Under the pieces are notes generated by a model. It was not told the origin of the DNA. It was given only the letters and a program-made list of their open reading frames with translations, and made no database searches. A stretch of 64,000 bases of DNA from Akkermansiaceae bacterium (lineage in GTDB: Bacteria; Verrucomicrobiota; Verrucomicrobiia; Verrucomicrobiales; Akkermansiaceae): NCBI GenBank assembly GCA_045106535.1, contig JBGCEU010000024.1, positions 1,438 to 65,437 of the forward strand, read 5' to 3'. Positions 25,609 to 34,969 of this stretch are shown here, one piece after another (the stretch's first letter is position 1; each line of letters opens with the position of its first letter). Position numbers and translations under genes: made by a program.

Positions 25609-27162
25609 ATGTTTTATATTACCACCGCCATTGATTATCCGAATGGTGCGCCTCATATCGGTCATGCTTATGAGAAAATTCTCACCGATGTTATCACACG
25701 CTATCGCCGACTCGCAGGTGATGACGCTTATTTTCTAACTGGTGTTGATCAACATGGTCAGAAAATGCAACAGACGGCGGAAAACGAAGGCGTCAATGTC
25801 GCCACACTCGCCAAACGCAATACGAAAAAATTTATCTCACTCTGGGAAAAACTTGGAGTGCAGTATGACGGTTGGGCAGAAACCACAGCAGACCTGCACA
25901 AGCAATGTGTGCAAAACATCCTGACCAAGCTGCACGACGAAGGACAGCTCTACAAAAAAGCCTACAAGGGATTTTATTCCGTTAGACAAGAACAGTATCT
26001 CACAGAAAAAGATAAAAACGAGCAAGGCGAGTTTGGCTCCGAGTGGGGCGAAGTTGTAGAACTAGAGGAAGAGAACTGGTATTTCAAACTTTCCGATCAC
26101 GCATCCTGGCTCAAGGAAGTCGTGACTTCGGGTGAATTTGGTATTACTCCTGAATTCCGCCGAAATGAAGTGCTTAATGCCATTGAACGCGCTGCCGAAA
26201 CAGACCTCTGTATTTCCAGACCCAAGGAGCGGCTTCACTGGGGTATCGAACTCCCCTTTGACACGGATTTTGTTACCTATGTCTGGTTTGATGCACTGAT
26301 CAACTACATTTCCTTTGCTGGCTACGAAGCCGCTGAAGGCCTTCCTAATTTCGATCAGCTCTGGCCAGCCAATCTTCATGTCATTGGAAAAGACATCCTC
26401 GTACCGGCGCATTCTATCTACTGGCCGTGCATGCTCCACGCAATGGGCTTTACCAACGAGCAGATGCCTACCTTGTTAGTTCATGGCTTCCTCAATATCC
26501 GAGGCGAAAAAATGTCGAGTAGCCTTGGCAACATCGTCGACCCAGACTCCCTAGCTGAGCAATTTGGCGCCGAGACCCTCCGCTACTATCTCGTCCGCGG
26601 TGTCGTCATCGGTAAGGATGCCGACTTCGATGTCCAGCGCCTCGTGATGCTATATAATAGCGAACTCGCTAACGACCTCGGTAATCTCTGTAACCGTGCA
26701 CTGAGTATGAGCAAACGATCTCTCGGCAGTATCATGGAAGTGAGTGAACACGACGATGACGATAGTGCCGCACTTCGCCAATCGCTCGCTGATGCCACTG
26801 AGGCATACACTGCCGCCATGGACATCTACGATACATCCTCGGCACTTAGCGCACTTAACAAGCACGTCAGCTTCTGCAACGGCTACGCCGAACGCAACAG
26901 ACCATGGGAACTTGCGAAAGATGAGACCAAACGCGCCCAACTTGCCACCGTGCTTTATCACATGGTAGAAAGCTGCGCCCATATTAGCGTGCTTCTGTCC
27001 CCCGTCACACCCGAAGCATGTGCGAAAATTCAGAATCAGCTCAAGCTTCCTGAATTAGCGGAGAAAAAAATCACTGACCTCACTTGGGGGCTGATTCCTG
27101 CTGATCATGAAATCGGCAAGCCAAAACCCGTGTTTCCTCGGATCCAGATGGAAGATCAATGA
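25609..27162 (+). CDS. metG: Methionine--tRNA ligase (short form)
   Basis: FYITTAIDYPNGAPHIGHAYE, YVWFDALINY, IGKDI, KMSSSLGN, LANDLGNL..R. Confidence 0.97.
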   Translation: MFYITTAIDYPNGAPHIGHAYEKILTDVITRYRRLAGDDAYFLTGVDQHGQKMQQTAENEGVNVATLAKRNTKKFISLWEKLGVQYDGWAETTADLHKQCVQNILTKLHDEGQLYKKAYKGFYSVRQEQYLTEKDKNEQGEFGSEWGEVVELEEENWYFKLSDHASWLKEVVTSGEFGITPEFRRNEVLNAIERAAETDLCISRPKERLHWGIELPFDTDFVTYVWFDALINYISFAGYEAAEGLPNFDQLWPANLHVIGKDILVPAHSIYWPCMLHAMGFTNEQMPTLLVHGFLNIRGEKMSSSLGNIVDPDSLAEQFGAETLRYYLVRGVVIGKDADFDVQRLVMLYNSELANDLGNLCNRALSMSKRSLGSIMEVSEHDDDDSAALRQSLADATEAYTAAMDIYDTSSALSALNKHVSFCNGYAERNRPWELAKDETKRAQLATVLYHMVESCAHISVLLSPVTPEACAKIQNQLKLPELAEKKITDLTWGLIPADHEIGKPKPVFPRIQMEDQ

Positions 27163-27232
27163 TCTATCGTATTCAGGCAGAAAACTACCAATTCTGTTAG
27201 CTGATTATTCTGGAGCCTTCGGATTCCAAGTC

Positions 27233-27967
27233 TCAGATACCCCACGTTGCGTTGCGGCCTCTGGTATCAATGTGAATGAATGTTTTGTACAAGCCTATGC
27301 CCCCTTTGAAGTATCCTGCTTTTCGTAGTTGATTAGCCATGTCAAAAGCCTGCCGTGGTGAACAGTCGAAAACTAGGTCGAGCGCGCGATTTTGCATGTG
27401 TAGCGAGTATTTCGAAGCACCGGGGCACTTCGCATTATACGCAGGTGATCGGTAAGCGGACACGATGTAGCGCAAAGGTGTATTAAGTCGTTGCCGGATT
27501 TCATTGGCTACCCTGAGAGTTGGCACGATGTTTTGCCAAAGACCTGAGGGAGGAATTCCGCTCTGAACCCCCTGCCTTTTTTTGAAGTGTGGTCGCAGAA
27601 TCTCGCCAGAACTCAGATACTTCATAGGATGAGCATTTAGAAATTCTCGGTATGCCCGCACATCGGCAGCGCTGGGTATGCTGCTATTTGTTGTCTCAGG
27701 TGATTTGCGGTTGGCCTGTGCTTTGCTAACAAGATTGCCAAATAACGAAAGAAGACTGCGTCGTTTCAAATACGAAACACCCAATCCGCCAACTAGCAAT
27801 ACACCTCCTCCGACGACAAATGAACGTCGCTTCATACCGCTCTGTTCAGACTGATCTTGGATCACATCTTTCCGATCAGCAGCATCAAGCTCATTCATCA
27901 TAGGTATCAACGTATCTAACTCATCATTTCTTTCACAACTACCATTCCAAAAATAATGGTGGCTCAA
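27233..27967 (-). CDS. Peptidase M15 (D-Ala-D-Ala carboxypeptidase / YcbK-like), possible Tat substrate
   Basis: SAYRSPAYN...S.HM...ALDL...GIGLYKTFIHIDTRG; KRRSFVVGGG twin-arginine-like motif; true start may be 27835 or about 27900. Confidence 0.85.
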   Translation of the reverse strand: MSHHYFWNGSCERNDELDTLIPMMNELDAADRKDVIQDQSEQSGMKRRSFVVGGGVLLVGGLGVSYLKRRSLLSLFGNLVSKAQANRKSPETTNSSIPSAADVRAYREFLNAHPMKYLSSGEILRPHFKKRQGVQSGIPPSGLWQNIVPTLRVANEIRQRLNTPLRYIVSAYRSPAYNAKCPGASKYSLHMQNRALDLVFDCSPRQAFDMANQLRKAGYFKGGIGLYKTFIHIDTRGRNATWGI

Positions 27968-28036
27968 GGCTACTGTCCTAATTCGCCATCAGAATCCCCA
28001 CACACACCTTCAAGATGCAGCGACCTTGCTTCCACC

Positions 28037-29383
28037 TTATTTAGCTTCGCTAGATCGCGGCATCAGCACGTCCTCACCCTCGGATTTAGCGATAGCGACA
28101 GCTGCACAAGAATCGCCAAAGACGTTTACTGCCGTTCGACTCATATCTAACAATCGGTCTACTGAAAGTAGGGCTGTGACAGCAATGCCAGCATTGGGAA
28201 TCCCAGAACTGTTCAATATCAGCAGAATTGCCACAAGGCTTGCCGACGGGACTCCTGCCACACCGATGCTGGTTAGTAAGGCTGTGATAACTACTGCAAA
28301 CTGGGCTCCAAGAGAAAGCTCGATGCCCATGAATTGGGCAACAAACATCACAGCAACACACTCATAGAGCGCTGTGCCGTCCATGTTTACTGTGGCTCCA
28401 AGCGGCAAAGTGAAACTCGAAACCTTTTTGGACACACCCGCATTTTTCTGCACACAATGCATAGTTTCAGGTAATGTAGCAGCTGAAGATGCCGTAGAAA
28501 ATGCAGTTATCATTGCCATACGCATAGCTTTGAAATGAGCCAGCGGGCTTACTTTCACGACCAACTTCAGAATCAGAGGCATAATAACGCAGAGATGAAT
28601 AGCGAGTGCAAGTAGCACAGTCACAAAGTATTTCCCAAGACTCTTGAAGAGCTCTTCAAAGCCAATGTGGAAAATCGTAGGTAGCATCAATCCAAACACT
28701 CCAATAGGGGCAAATACCATTACCCACTGCGTGACGCGAATCATCACATCATTGATAGCCTGCACACTTCCCAATAGCGGCTGCATGGAATCACGTGGGA
28801 AGCGGGTCATCGCGATGGCGAAAAGAATAGAAAAGAAAATCAATCCCAGCAGCTGCCCGTTCGACGAAGCCGCTTTAAAAATGTTTTCAGGAATCATCTT
28901 GTTAAACAGATCGGCATAATCACCAGGCTTTACATCTGATGCCGTATCAACTTTGGTCTTTTGTGAACTGCTCGCGCTATCTGCCATCTGCTCGATTTTT
29001 TCACGTAGCTCGACGTTGGGCTTACCATCCACAAGACCAGGTTGGATTGTGTTAACTAGCGTGAGTCCGACAAGAACAGCAAGTAGACTGGTCAGCATGT
29101 AAAACCCGAGAGTTTTTCCGCCCAGTCGACCAAAGCCTTTTATACCTCCCAAGGAAGCAATGCCCGATATGATCGCACTTACGACAAGCGGCACAATAAT
29201 CATCTTCAGTGCCTGAATGAACAGATTGCCGATAAACTCGCTGACATGAACGGCGCCGTTGATAAAACGCTCTGCTGAACTATTATCGGCAACTGTTTCC
29301 GTAATATTTCTGAATACGACAGCCGTGCCTGTGGCTAGAATCAGGGCAATCAGAATCTGCCAGTGGGGTGCTACTTTCTTCAT
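28037..29383 (-). CDS. Dicarboxylate/amino acid:cation symporter (DAACS, GltP family)
   Basis: LKMIIVPLV, AFSTASSAATLP, LPLGATVNMDGTALYE, DRLLDMSRTAVNVFGD. Confidence 0.95.
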   Translation of the reverse strand: MKKVAPHWQILIALILATGTAVVFRNITETVADNSSAERFINGAVHVSEFIGNLFIQALKMIIVPLVVSAIISGIASLGGIKGFGRLGGKTLGFYMLTSLLAVLVGLTLVNTIQPGLVDGKPNVELREKIEQMADSASSSQKTKVDTASDVKPGDYADLFNKMIPENIFKAASSNGQLLGLIFFSILFAIAMTRFPRDSMQPLLGSVQAINDVMIRVTQWVMVFAPIGVFGLMLPTIFHIGFEELFKSLGKYFVTVLLALAIHLCVIMPLILKLVVKVSPLAHFKAMRMAMITAFSTASSAATLPETMHCVQKNAGVSKKVSSFTLPLGATVNMDGTALYECVAVMFVAQFMGIELSLGAQFAVVITALLTSIGVAGVPSASLVAILLILNSSGIPNAGIAVTALLSVDRLLDMSRTAVNVFGDSCAAVAIAKSEGEDVLMPRSSEAK

Positions 29384-29453
29384 ACGGGCGCAACCCTAAT
29401 GCAAGCCGGTTGCAGAGGAAAGCTCCCAATCAATGAATAACAGGTATGCTCGG

Positions 29454-31367
29454 TCAGGATTTTTTTGAGACCTCTAGCAAAAAAACAATTCGTTGCCTTC
29501 CCGGCCCAAGCATACGGGATGTTTTTAGCGCCTGCTGAGGATTCGTCTTCTTTGCTGCAGCGCGCGCAACGTGATCCTCTGCTTTAACCCGGACTTTTTC
29601 TGCGGTGATAGACTCGATTGATCGCTGCGCAGCCGGGATATCGTCATTGGCGGCGAGCGCTCGTGCCAGATTACCAAAAGCGCTGTCACGGCGGCGTTGA
29701 TCGGATATCGATTCCGCCAATGTTAGGGAATACCACCGATCATTACTTTCTGCATAAACAAGTGCCATATTGGCATGGACACGATCACGTGTGGGCTTGG
29801 ATTTGATTGCTGGAACCGATCTTTTTGCATTCTCTAGCAAAGTCATTGCTTGGCGCTCATCACCCTCACGGAGTCGGTATCGCGCCATGGAAACCATCGC
29901 CAGAGCTTTCTCATCTGAGCCAGAAATATTCTGCATCGTATTGAATGCATCGTGGTGATCGCCGTCAGCTGCAGCTGCCTGCGCTATAGCGCTGTAGGCT
30001 TTGTCACGCTCTCGCTCTGACTCAATTCTCACAGCGACATTTCGTGCACGTGCAGAGTCACCAATGTAAGCAGTAGTTGCTGATACATTTCGTAGCCCAC
30101 GATCACGTACTTTCTCTACCGGTATTGAGGAAACACTGACAAGCGCCGCGCTTAAGTCTCCAGATCTAGCCTGCTCTATGGAAATACCTTCAATAGCATA
30201 AGATTTCTCTGCCTCACTACGGATCCGACCAGCAACAAGTAAGCTATCCATGAAACGCCTGTGTTGAGCAAGCTCCAGAGAAAGTTCACGGAGGACTGTA
30301 TCCTCAATGGAACTATTGCCTATATTTTTTAGTATTTGAAGTCCTCCACTAAGATCGCCTGATCTAGCACGCAATCTTGCTAACGATGCATTTGCTTGAT
30401 CTTGAATCCTGTTATCACGTATTTGTGTTAATGCTTGCTCAGCCCCTGCAAAATCTTTGATCGCGGCTCGCTTCATCGCAATACGCTTGTATGCATCATC
30501 TTTTTTTCGTTGGTTGGTAATCAAACCAACCGTCTGTATCGCCTGAGTTATACCCTCAATTGCCGCTTCACTCTCTGCAATGGCCACTAATGCTACGTCT
30601 CTTCCTGAGGCGTCTATGATTCGGGATACTAGGTTTTTAGCTATTTCCATATCCCCCACTCTAGCGGACCATGCCGACACCTCACCCATCGCACGCTCAC
30701 GCTCACGCATCGTAGGTATATTTTGTAATGCATTCATCGCTGCAGATGTTTGCTTCATTGATAACATGGCCTTAACGACTTCCCTGACCGATGCCGACGA
30801 TTCCTTAGGGTTGTCAGGATCTATTGCAAGCTTCTCGGCAACCACGAGCACTTCGCGTGCTAACTCCTTGTCACCTGTTCTGTAATATTCACGCGCTACT
30901 GCGATCAAATTTTTCCAAGGCTCGGAACTTTTTAATGCAAGGCCATAAGCTTCACCTAACAAACGGCCACTCAACGAAACGGGGCTGGCTGCGGCTTTTT
31001 TACTATCAGGTCTAATAATAGGACGAGGTATAGGGGATTTGGCTACAGATCGATTCGCTCTAATAGCAGCAGAGGCATAAATAGATTTGTTCTCATTGCG
31101 CTCCTGCGTAATCGACCTTTCATCATTATCCAATGCCATGGCATGTCTGTCGGCTGGTATCGGCAAATCGACAGATTTAACAAAATTGTCATCCCCCCGC
31201 CTCAGTTCACCGCTATCTCTCTGAGCTGACCTAATTTCTCCTTCCTGCAGACTATCTTCCTCCCAATAAAACATACTTATTGCACCCAAATAGATAGCCC
31301 AAAGCGAGACTCCAAGAAGCAAACCAGGTAAAAAAAAATTTCTGTATGAGATATGCAAGGGATTCAT
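29454..31367 (-). CDS. Membrane-anchored TPR-like helical repeat protein
   Basis: N-terminal transmembrane segment, then at least 11 repeats of about 33 aa (RD.A...IA...A..GD...A......I). Confidence 0.8.
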   Translation of the reverse strand: MNPLHISYRNFFLPGLLLGVSLWAIYLGAISMFYWEEDSLQEGEIRSAQRDSGELRRGDDNFVKSVDLPIPADRHAMALDNDERSITQERNENKSIYASAAIRANRSVAKSPIPRPIIRPDSKKAAASPVSLSGRLLGEAYGLALKSSEPWKNLIAVAREYYRTGDKELAREVLVVAEKLAIDPDNPKESSASVREVVKAMLSMKQTSAAMNALQNIPTMRERERAMGEVSAWSARVGDMEIAKNLVSRIIDASGRDVALVAIAESEAAIEGITQAIQTVGLITNQRKKDDAYKRIAMKRAAIKDFAGAEQALTQIRDNRIQDQANASLARLRARSGDLSGGLQILKNIGNSSIEDTVLRELSLELAQHRRFMDSLLVAGRIRSEAEKSYAIEGISIEQARSGDLSAALVSVSSIPVEKVRDRGLRNVSATTAYIGDSARARNVAVRIESERERDKAYSAIAQAAAADGDHHDAFNTMQNISGSDEKALAMVSMARYRLREGDERQAMTLLENAKRSVPAIKSKPTRDRVHANMALVYAESNDRWYSLTLAESISDQRRRDSAFGNLARALAANDDIPAAQRSIESITAEKVRVKAEDHVARAAAKKTNPQQALKTSRMLGPGRQRIVFLLEVSKKS

Positions 31368-31440
31368 AGCAGTAGCAGATACATGGGGATTTCGCCATTT
31401 CTTTCACATATTCAAAATATATCAGAAATTCGGACAATCC

Positions 31441-31469
31441 TTGCGCATCGGCAATAGGCGAGCTAAACA
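31441..31469 (+). promoter_or_regulatory. Sigma70-type promoter, likely leaderless gltX mRNA
   Basis: TTGCGC-N17-TAAACA, then 6 nt to the GTG start. Confidence 0.5.
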
Positions 31470-31475
31470 CCGCTC

Positions 31476-32801
31476 GTGAATAACAATCAAGTCCGCACTC
31501 GTTTTGCTCCATCGCCAACCGGCTATCTTCACGTTGGAGGAGCTCGCACAGCAATGTTTAACTGGCTGTTTGCTCGTAAACATGAGGGGTCATTTATCCT
31601 TCGTGTCGAAGACACAGACGAGGCAAGAAACACAGAAGATGCTCGGCAAGCCATATTCGATGGCATGCAGTGGCTTGGACTCGACTGGGATGAAGGCCCT
31701 AACGCGGACGGATCTAGCAGTGGGCAGCTCGGCCCATATTTCCAAAGCCAGAGGCAAGATATCTACGGCCAGTGGTTCGACAAACTGGTTCAAGCTGACA
31801 GAGTCTATGAAGACGATGGTGCATGGCGCTTCCGTTTTGAACGCAAACCCATTACGGTAAACGATCTAATTTGTGGAGATGTGACTATCGACTATCGCGA
31901 AGAATCGAACACTCCTGACATGGTCGTGAAAAGATCCGACGGCTCATATGTTTTTCACTTTGTCAACGTGGTCGATGACATTGAGATGCAAATCAGCCAC
32001 GTAATCCGAGGGGAGGATCACCTGATGAACACACCCAAGCACCTGCAATTATTTGAGGCATTCGGTGTAACGCCACCTCAATTTGGCCATATTCCGTTGA
32101 TTCTGAACATGGATAGCTCAAAGATGAGTAAAAGGGATACGGGCGCAGCAATAGGAGGGTACAGTGATGCTGGCTACTTACCTCATGCTGTGTTTAACTT
32201 TCTCGCATTGTTAGGGTGGTCACCAAAGGACGAAAGCGAGATTATGAACTTAGATGACATTTGCGAAAAATTCTCTCTCGATGGGGTGAACCGCTCACCC
32301 GCCAAATTTGATACTGAAAAATGCTCTTGGGTCAATCAGCAGCATATCATGGCTATGAAACCGGAGGCGTTTGCCGCTGCCGCTCTGCCTTACGTGGAGA
32401 AGTCGGGCATTTCAAAATCAGGTGACTATTTAAAAATTGCCGCATCTGTTCAGGAAAAAGTTAGACTACTATCGGAAGTCCCTGCTGCTATCGCATTCTA
32501 TCTCAATCCAGAATTCCCCTATGATGATACCGTCCTAGATAAGGTTAAAAACAACACACACGCCAAAGACCTGCTAGAAAAGCTAGCTGCGACCTTTGAA
32601 AATCTCGACTCTTGGAAAGATGCGAAAGAAGCAATTGGATCAACAGCCAAAGCCAATGACGCTAAGCCCGGTCAATTGATGTTCCCTACTCGTTTTGCAC
32701 TCAGTGGGCAAGCGGGCGGCCCCGATTTAGGAATGATTTTGGAAATTCTCGGCCGCGACGAATGTGTCAGGCGAATACGAAGGGCTGTTTGCATTCTCTA
32801 A
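31476..32801 (+). CDS. gltX: Glutamate--tRNA ligase
   Basis: RTRFAPSPTGYLHVGGAR, LRVEDTD, HVIRGEDH, KMSKR. Confidence 0.97.
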   Translation: MNNNQVRTRFAPSPTGYLHVGGARTAMFNWLFARKHEGSFILRVEDTDEARNTEDARQAIFDGMQWLGLDWDEGPNADGSSSGQLGPYFQSQRQDIYGQWFDKLVQADRVYEDDGAWRFRFERKPITVNDLICGDVTIDYREESNTPDMVVKRSDGSYVFHFVNVVDDIEMQISHVIRGEDHLMNTPKHLQLFEAFGVTPPQFGHIPLILNMDSSKMSKRDTGAAIGGYSDAGYLPHAVFNFLALLGWSPKDESEIMNLDDICEKFSLDGVNRSPAKFDTEKCSWVNQQHIMAMKPEAFAAAALPYVEKSGISKSGDYLKIAASVQEKVRLLSEVPAAIAFYLNPEFPYDDTVLDKVKNNTHAKDLLEKLAATFENLDSWKDAKEAIGSTAKANDAKPGQLMFPTRFALSGQAGGPDLGMILEILGRDECVRRIRRAVCIL

Positions 32802-32823
32802 ATCTCTAGCTTATAGACACATC

Positions 32824-33747
32824 ATGAAAGAGGTTTATCACTTAGCAGATCTGGACAGTCGCGAGAAACTGGATGCCGGCGCTGACAAGCCTGCTAAGCT
32901 AGCCGTGATCGGGCACCCGGTCGCACATTCGGCGTCACCACAGATGCACCAAGCAGCACTCGACGCCCAAGATATTGACGTCCGCTACATTCGCATCGAT
33001 CTGGAACCGGAGAGTGTTGGCGAGGCTTTTGCTCGAATGCAGGAGCTGGGATTTATAGGTTGCAATGTGACTGTCCCGCACAAGCTTGAGGCGATGGATA
33101 ACTGCGCCGTTTTGAGCCCAGATGCCAAAGCGTTGCAGGCTGTCAACACCGTCATTTTTGGTGATGAGGTAATGGGGCACAACACGGATGCGGGTGGATT
33201 TGTCAAAGCTATACGTGAGGAATTTGGGATCGATCTAGGAGATCTTCGAGTAATGATCGTAGGTGCCGGAGGTGGGGCAGGCCGCGCAGTTACCACTCAG
33301 TGTGCACGCAGTGGCTGCGAACGCATCTGGATGGTCAATCGCACACTTGAAAAAACGCTCTCACTCAGAGACGAGCTCAAGACACTCATTAAGCATGGTG
33401 AGAAATTGGAAGGGCCAGGTGACAGGCTCGAATGCATGACACCTGATGACCCTGGTTTGGCTGAAGCTGCAGGACACGTTGATCTCATTATCAACGCAAC
33501 TTCCCTTGGTCTCAAACAGTTCGATCCCTTACCGCTGCCTGAGGAGTGTATCCAGCCCCACCACCTAGTCTATGACATGATCTACAATCCAGCCCTAACA
33601 CCGCTGTTAAAGCATGCTCGATCAGCTGGTGCACGTACTGGAAATGGTTTGTCGATGCTACTACACCAAGGCGTCCTCTCATACGAATGCTGGTTCCCTG
33701 ATCCAGGTAGCCCTCTGGAGCATATGAGACACGGGCTAGCGAGTTGA
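32824..33747 (+). CDS. aroE: Shikimate dehydrogenase
   Basis: GHPVAHSASPQMH, NVTVPHK, AVNT, HNTD, GAGGGAGRA, INATSLG, DMIYNP; ATG at 32824. Confidence 0.93.
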   Translation: MKEVYHLADLDSREKLDAGADKPAKLAVIGHPVAHSASPQMHQAALDAQDIDVRYIRIDLEPESVGEAFARMQELGFIGCNVTVPHKLEAMDNCAVLSPDAKALQAVNTVIFGDEVMGHNTDAGGFVKAIREEFGIDLGDLRVMIVGAGGGAGRAVTTQCARSGCERIWMVNRTLEKTLSLRDELKTLIKHGEKLEGPGDRLECMTPDDPGLAEAAGHVDLIINATSLGLKQFDPLPLPEECIQPHHLVYDMIYNPALTPLLKHARSAGARTGNGLSMLLHQGVLSYECWFPDPGSPLEHMRHGLAS

Positions 33748-34962
33748 ATCCAGTCCACCCCCATCAGCAACCTGCTCGATACCATACCAGTGAGTATCAA
33801 TGATATCCAGCAGCTCCAAGGTACTAGGAGCTGAGCCATTTTTATTGAGCTTCATCCTGACGCGCACGCGATGGTATCCTGGTGGATCAAATTCTCCGAT
33901 AGGAAAACCATAAGCATCATTTGCGCCCTCCTCATGTTCCAAGAGCTCTTCTATTTTCTTACCCAAAGGGCTGCCCACTTTGATTAAAACTGGAGATGAT
34001 GCCAATCCAGCATACTCATTTTTGATATACATACCAGGTTTGTAAAAAACGACACTAATTTCTTTTTGGACAAGGTCTTTGTTAGAATCTCTTACACGCA
34101 TGTAGAGTCTGAATTCGCCCTCATCACCATCGGCTCCAGCTTGAAAGAGAGACCATGATATGGGATCGTAACGAACCAGCGACAACCAGTCTATCTTCCA
34201 TTCATTTTCAGAATTCACAAAAATCACCTCAAATTTTTCTCCAAGGCTATTACTACAAACAGCGCCGATGACCTGCTGGTCTTCAAACTTTAACATATCA
34301 GCCCATATCACTTTGATAATGCTACGAGTGGAGGAAAAGCTCGGATTATTACGGTAGTGTCGTGTCATCACACCGGATAACTTTGAACCTTCATAAACAT
34401 ACTGAGCCTTAGCCGCTGCGGAAGGTGAGTTCAAGAAACTCGTCATCACAGCCTCACACTCAGGCACTGCCGATTGAATAATCATGCGCTTCTTACGGAG
34501 CTCATATGCCTTGCGCTTATTCTCACGATCTTCCTCAAGTTCTAGCTGTGCTATATTATCGTCCTCATCAGCAGAAAAATGTTTTACAAGGAATATGGTG
34601 GCAATCATCATCAATACCCAGACACCTATGAAAACGAAGAGTTTTTTATTCTTCTTTTCCTTCCGCTTGGTGCGTTTGACCCGCCCCCGACTATTATTGC
34701 CTTGAGCCTCAAGAGTTGCTTCATAAATATCACGCGAATCTTGACTGACACCATGAAGATCTGAAGCAGAAGAGATCGACTGAAGGTTCTGTTTAGCAGC
34801 TAGAGAAACCGCAGCACGGTCTTGCTCTGTGCCAGCTAGAAACTTACCTGTAGGTGGGTTTTCGCATACGGGGCATCGTTGTTCACGAAGGGAAACTACT
34901 GCCGACTCAAAGAGTGTGCCGCATTCGAGACAATGATAATGTCCTGATTCAATTTTAGCCAT
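33736..34962 (-). CDS. Hypothetical membrane protein with N-terminal zinc ribbon
   Basis: CLECG-x11-CPVC, basic stretch, one transmembrane segment, then an extracytoplasmic domain. Confidence 0.8.
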   Translation of the reverse strand: MAKIESGHYHCLECGTLFESAVVSLREQRCPVCENPPTGKFLAGTEQDRAAVSLAAKQNLQSISSASDLHGVSQDSRDIYEATLEAQGNNSRGRVKRTKRKEKKNKKLFVFIGVWVLMMIATIFLVKHFSADEDDNIAQLELEEDRENKRKAYELRKKRMIIQSAVPECEAVMTSFLNSPSAAAKAQYVYEGSKLSGVMTRHYRNNPSFSSTRSIIKVIWADMLKFEDQQVIGAVCSNSLGEKFEVIFVNSENEWKIDWLSLVRYDPISWSLFQAGADGDEGEFRLYMRVRDSNKDLVQKEISVVFYKPGMYIKNEYAGLASSPVLIKVGSPLGKKIEELLEHEEGANDAYGFPIGEFDPPGYHRVRVRMKLNKNGSAPSTLELLDIIDTHWYGIEQVADGGGLDSTR

Positions 34963-34969
34963 GTTATTG

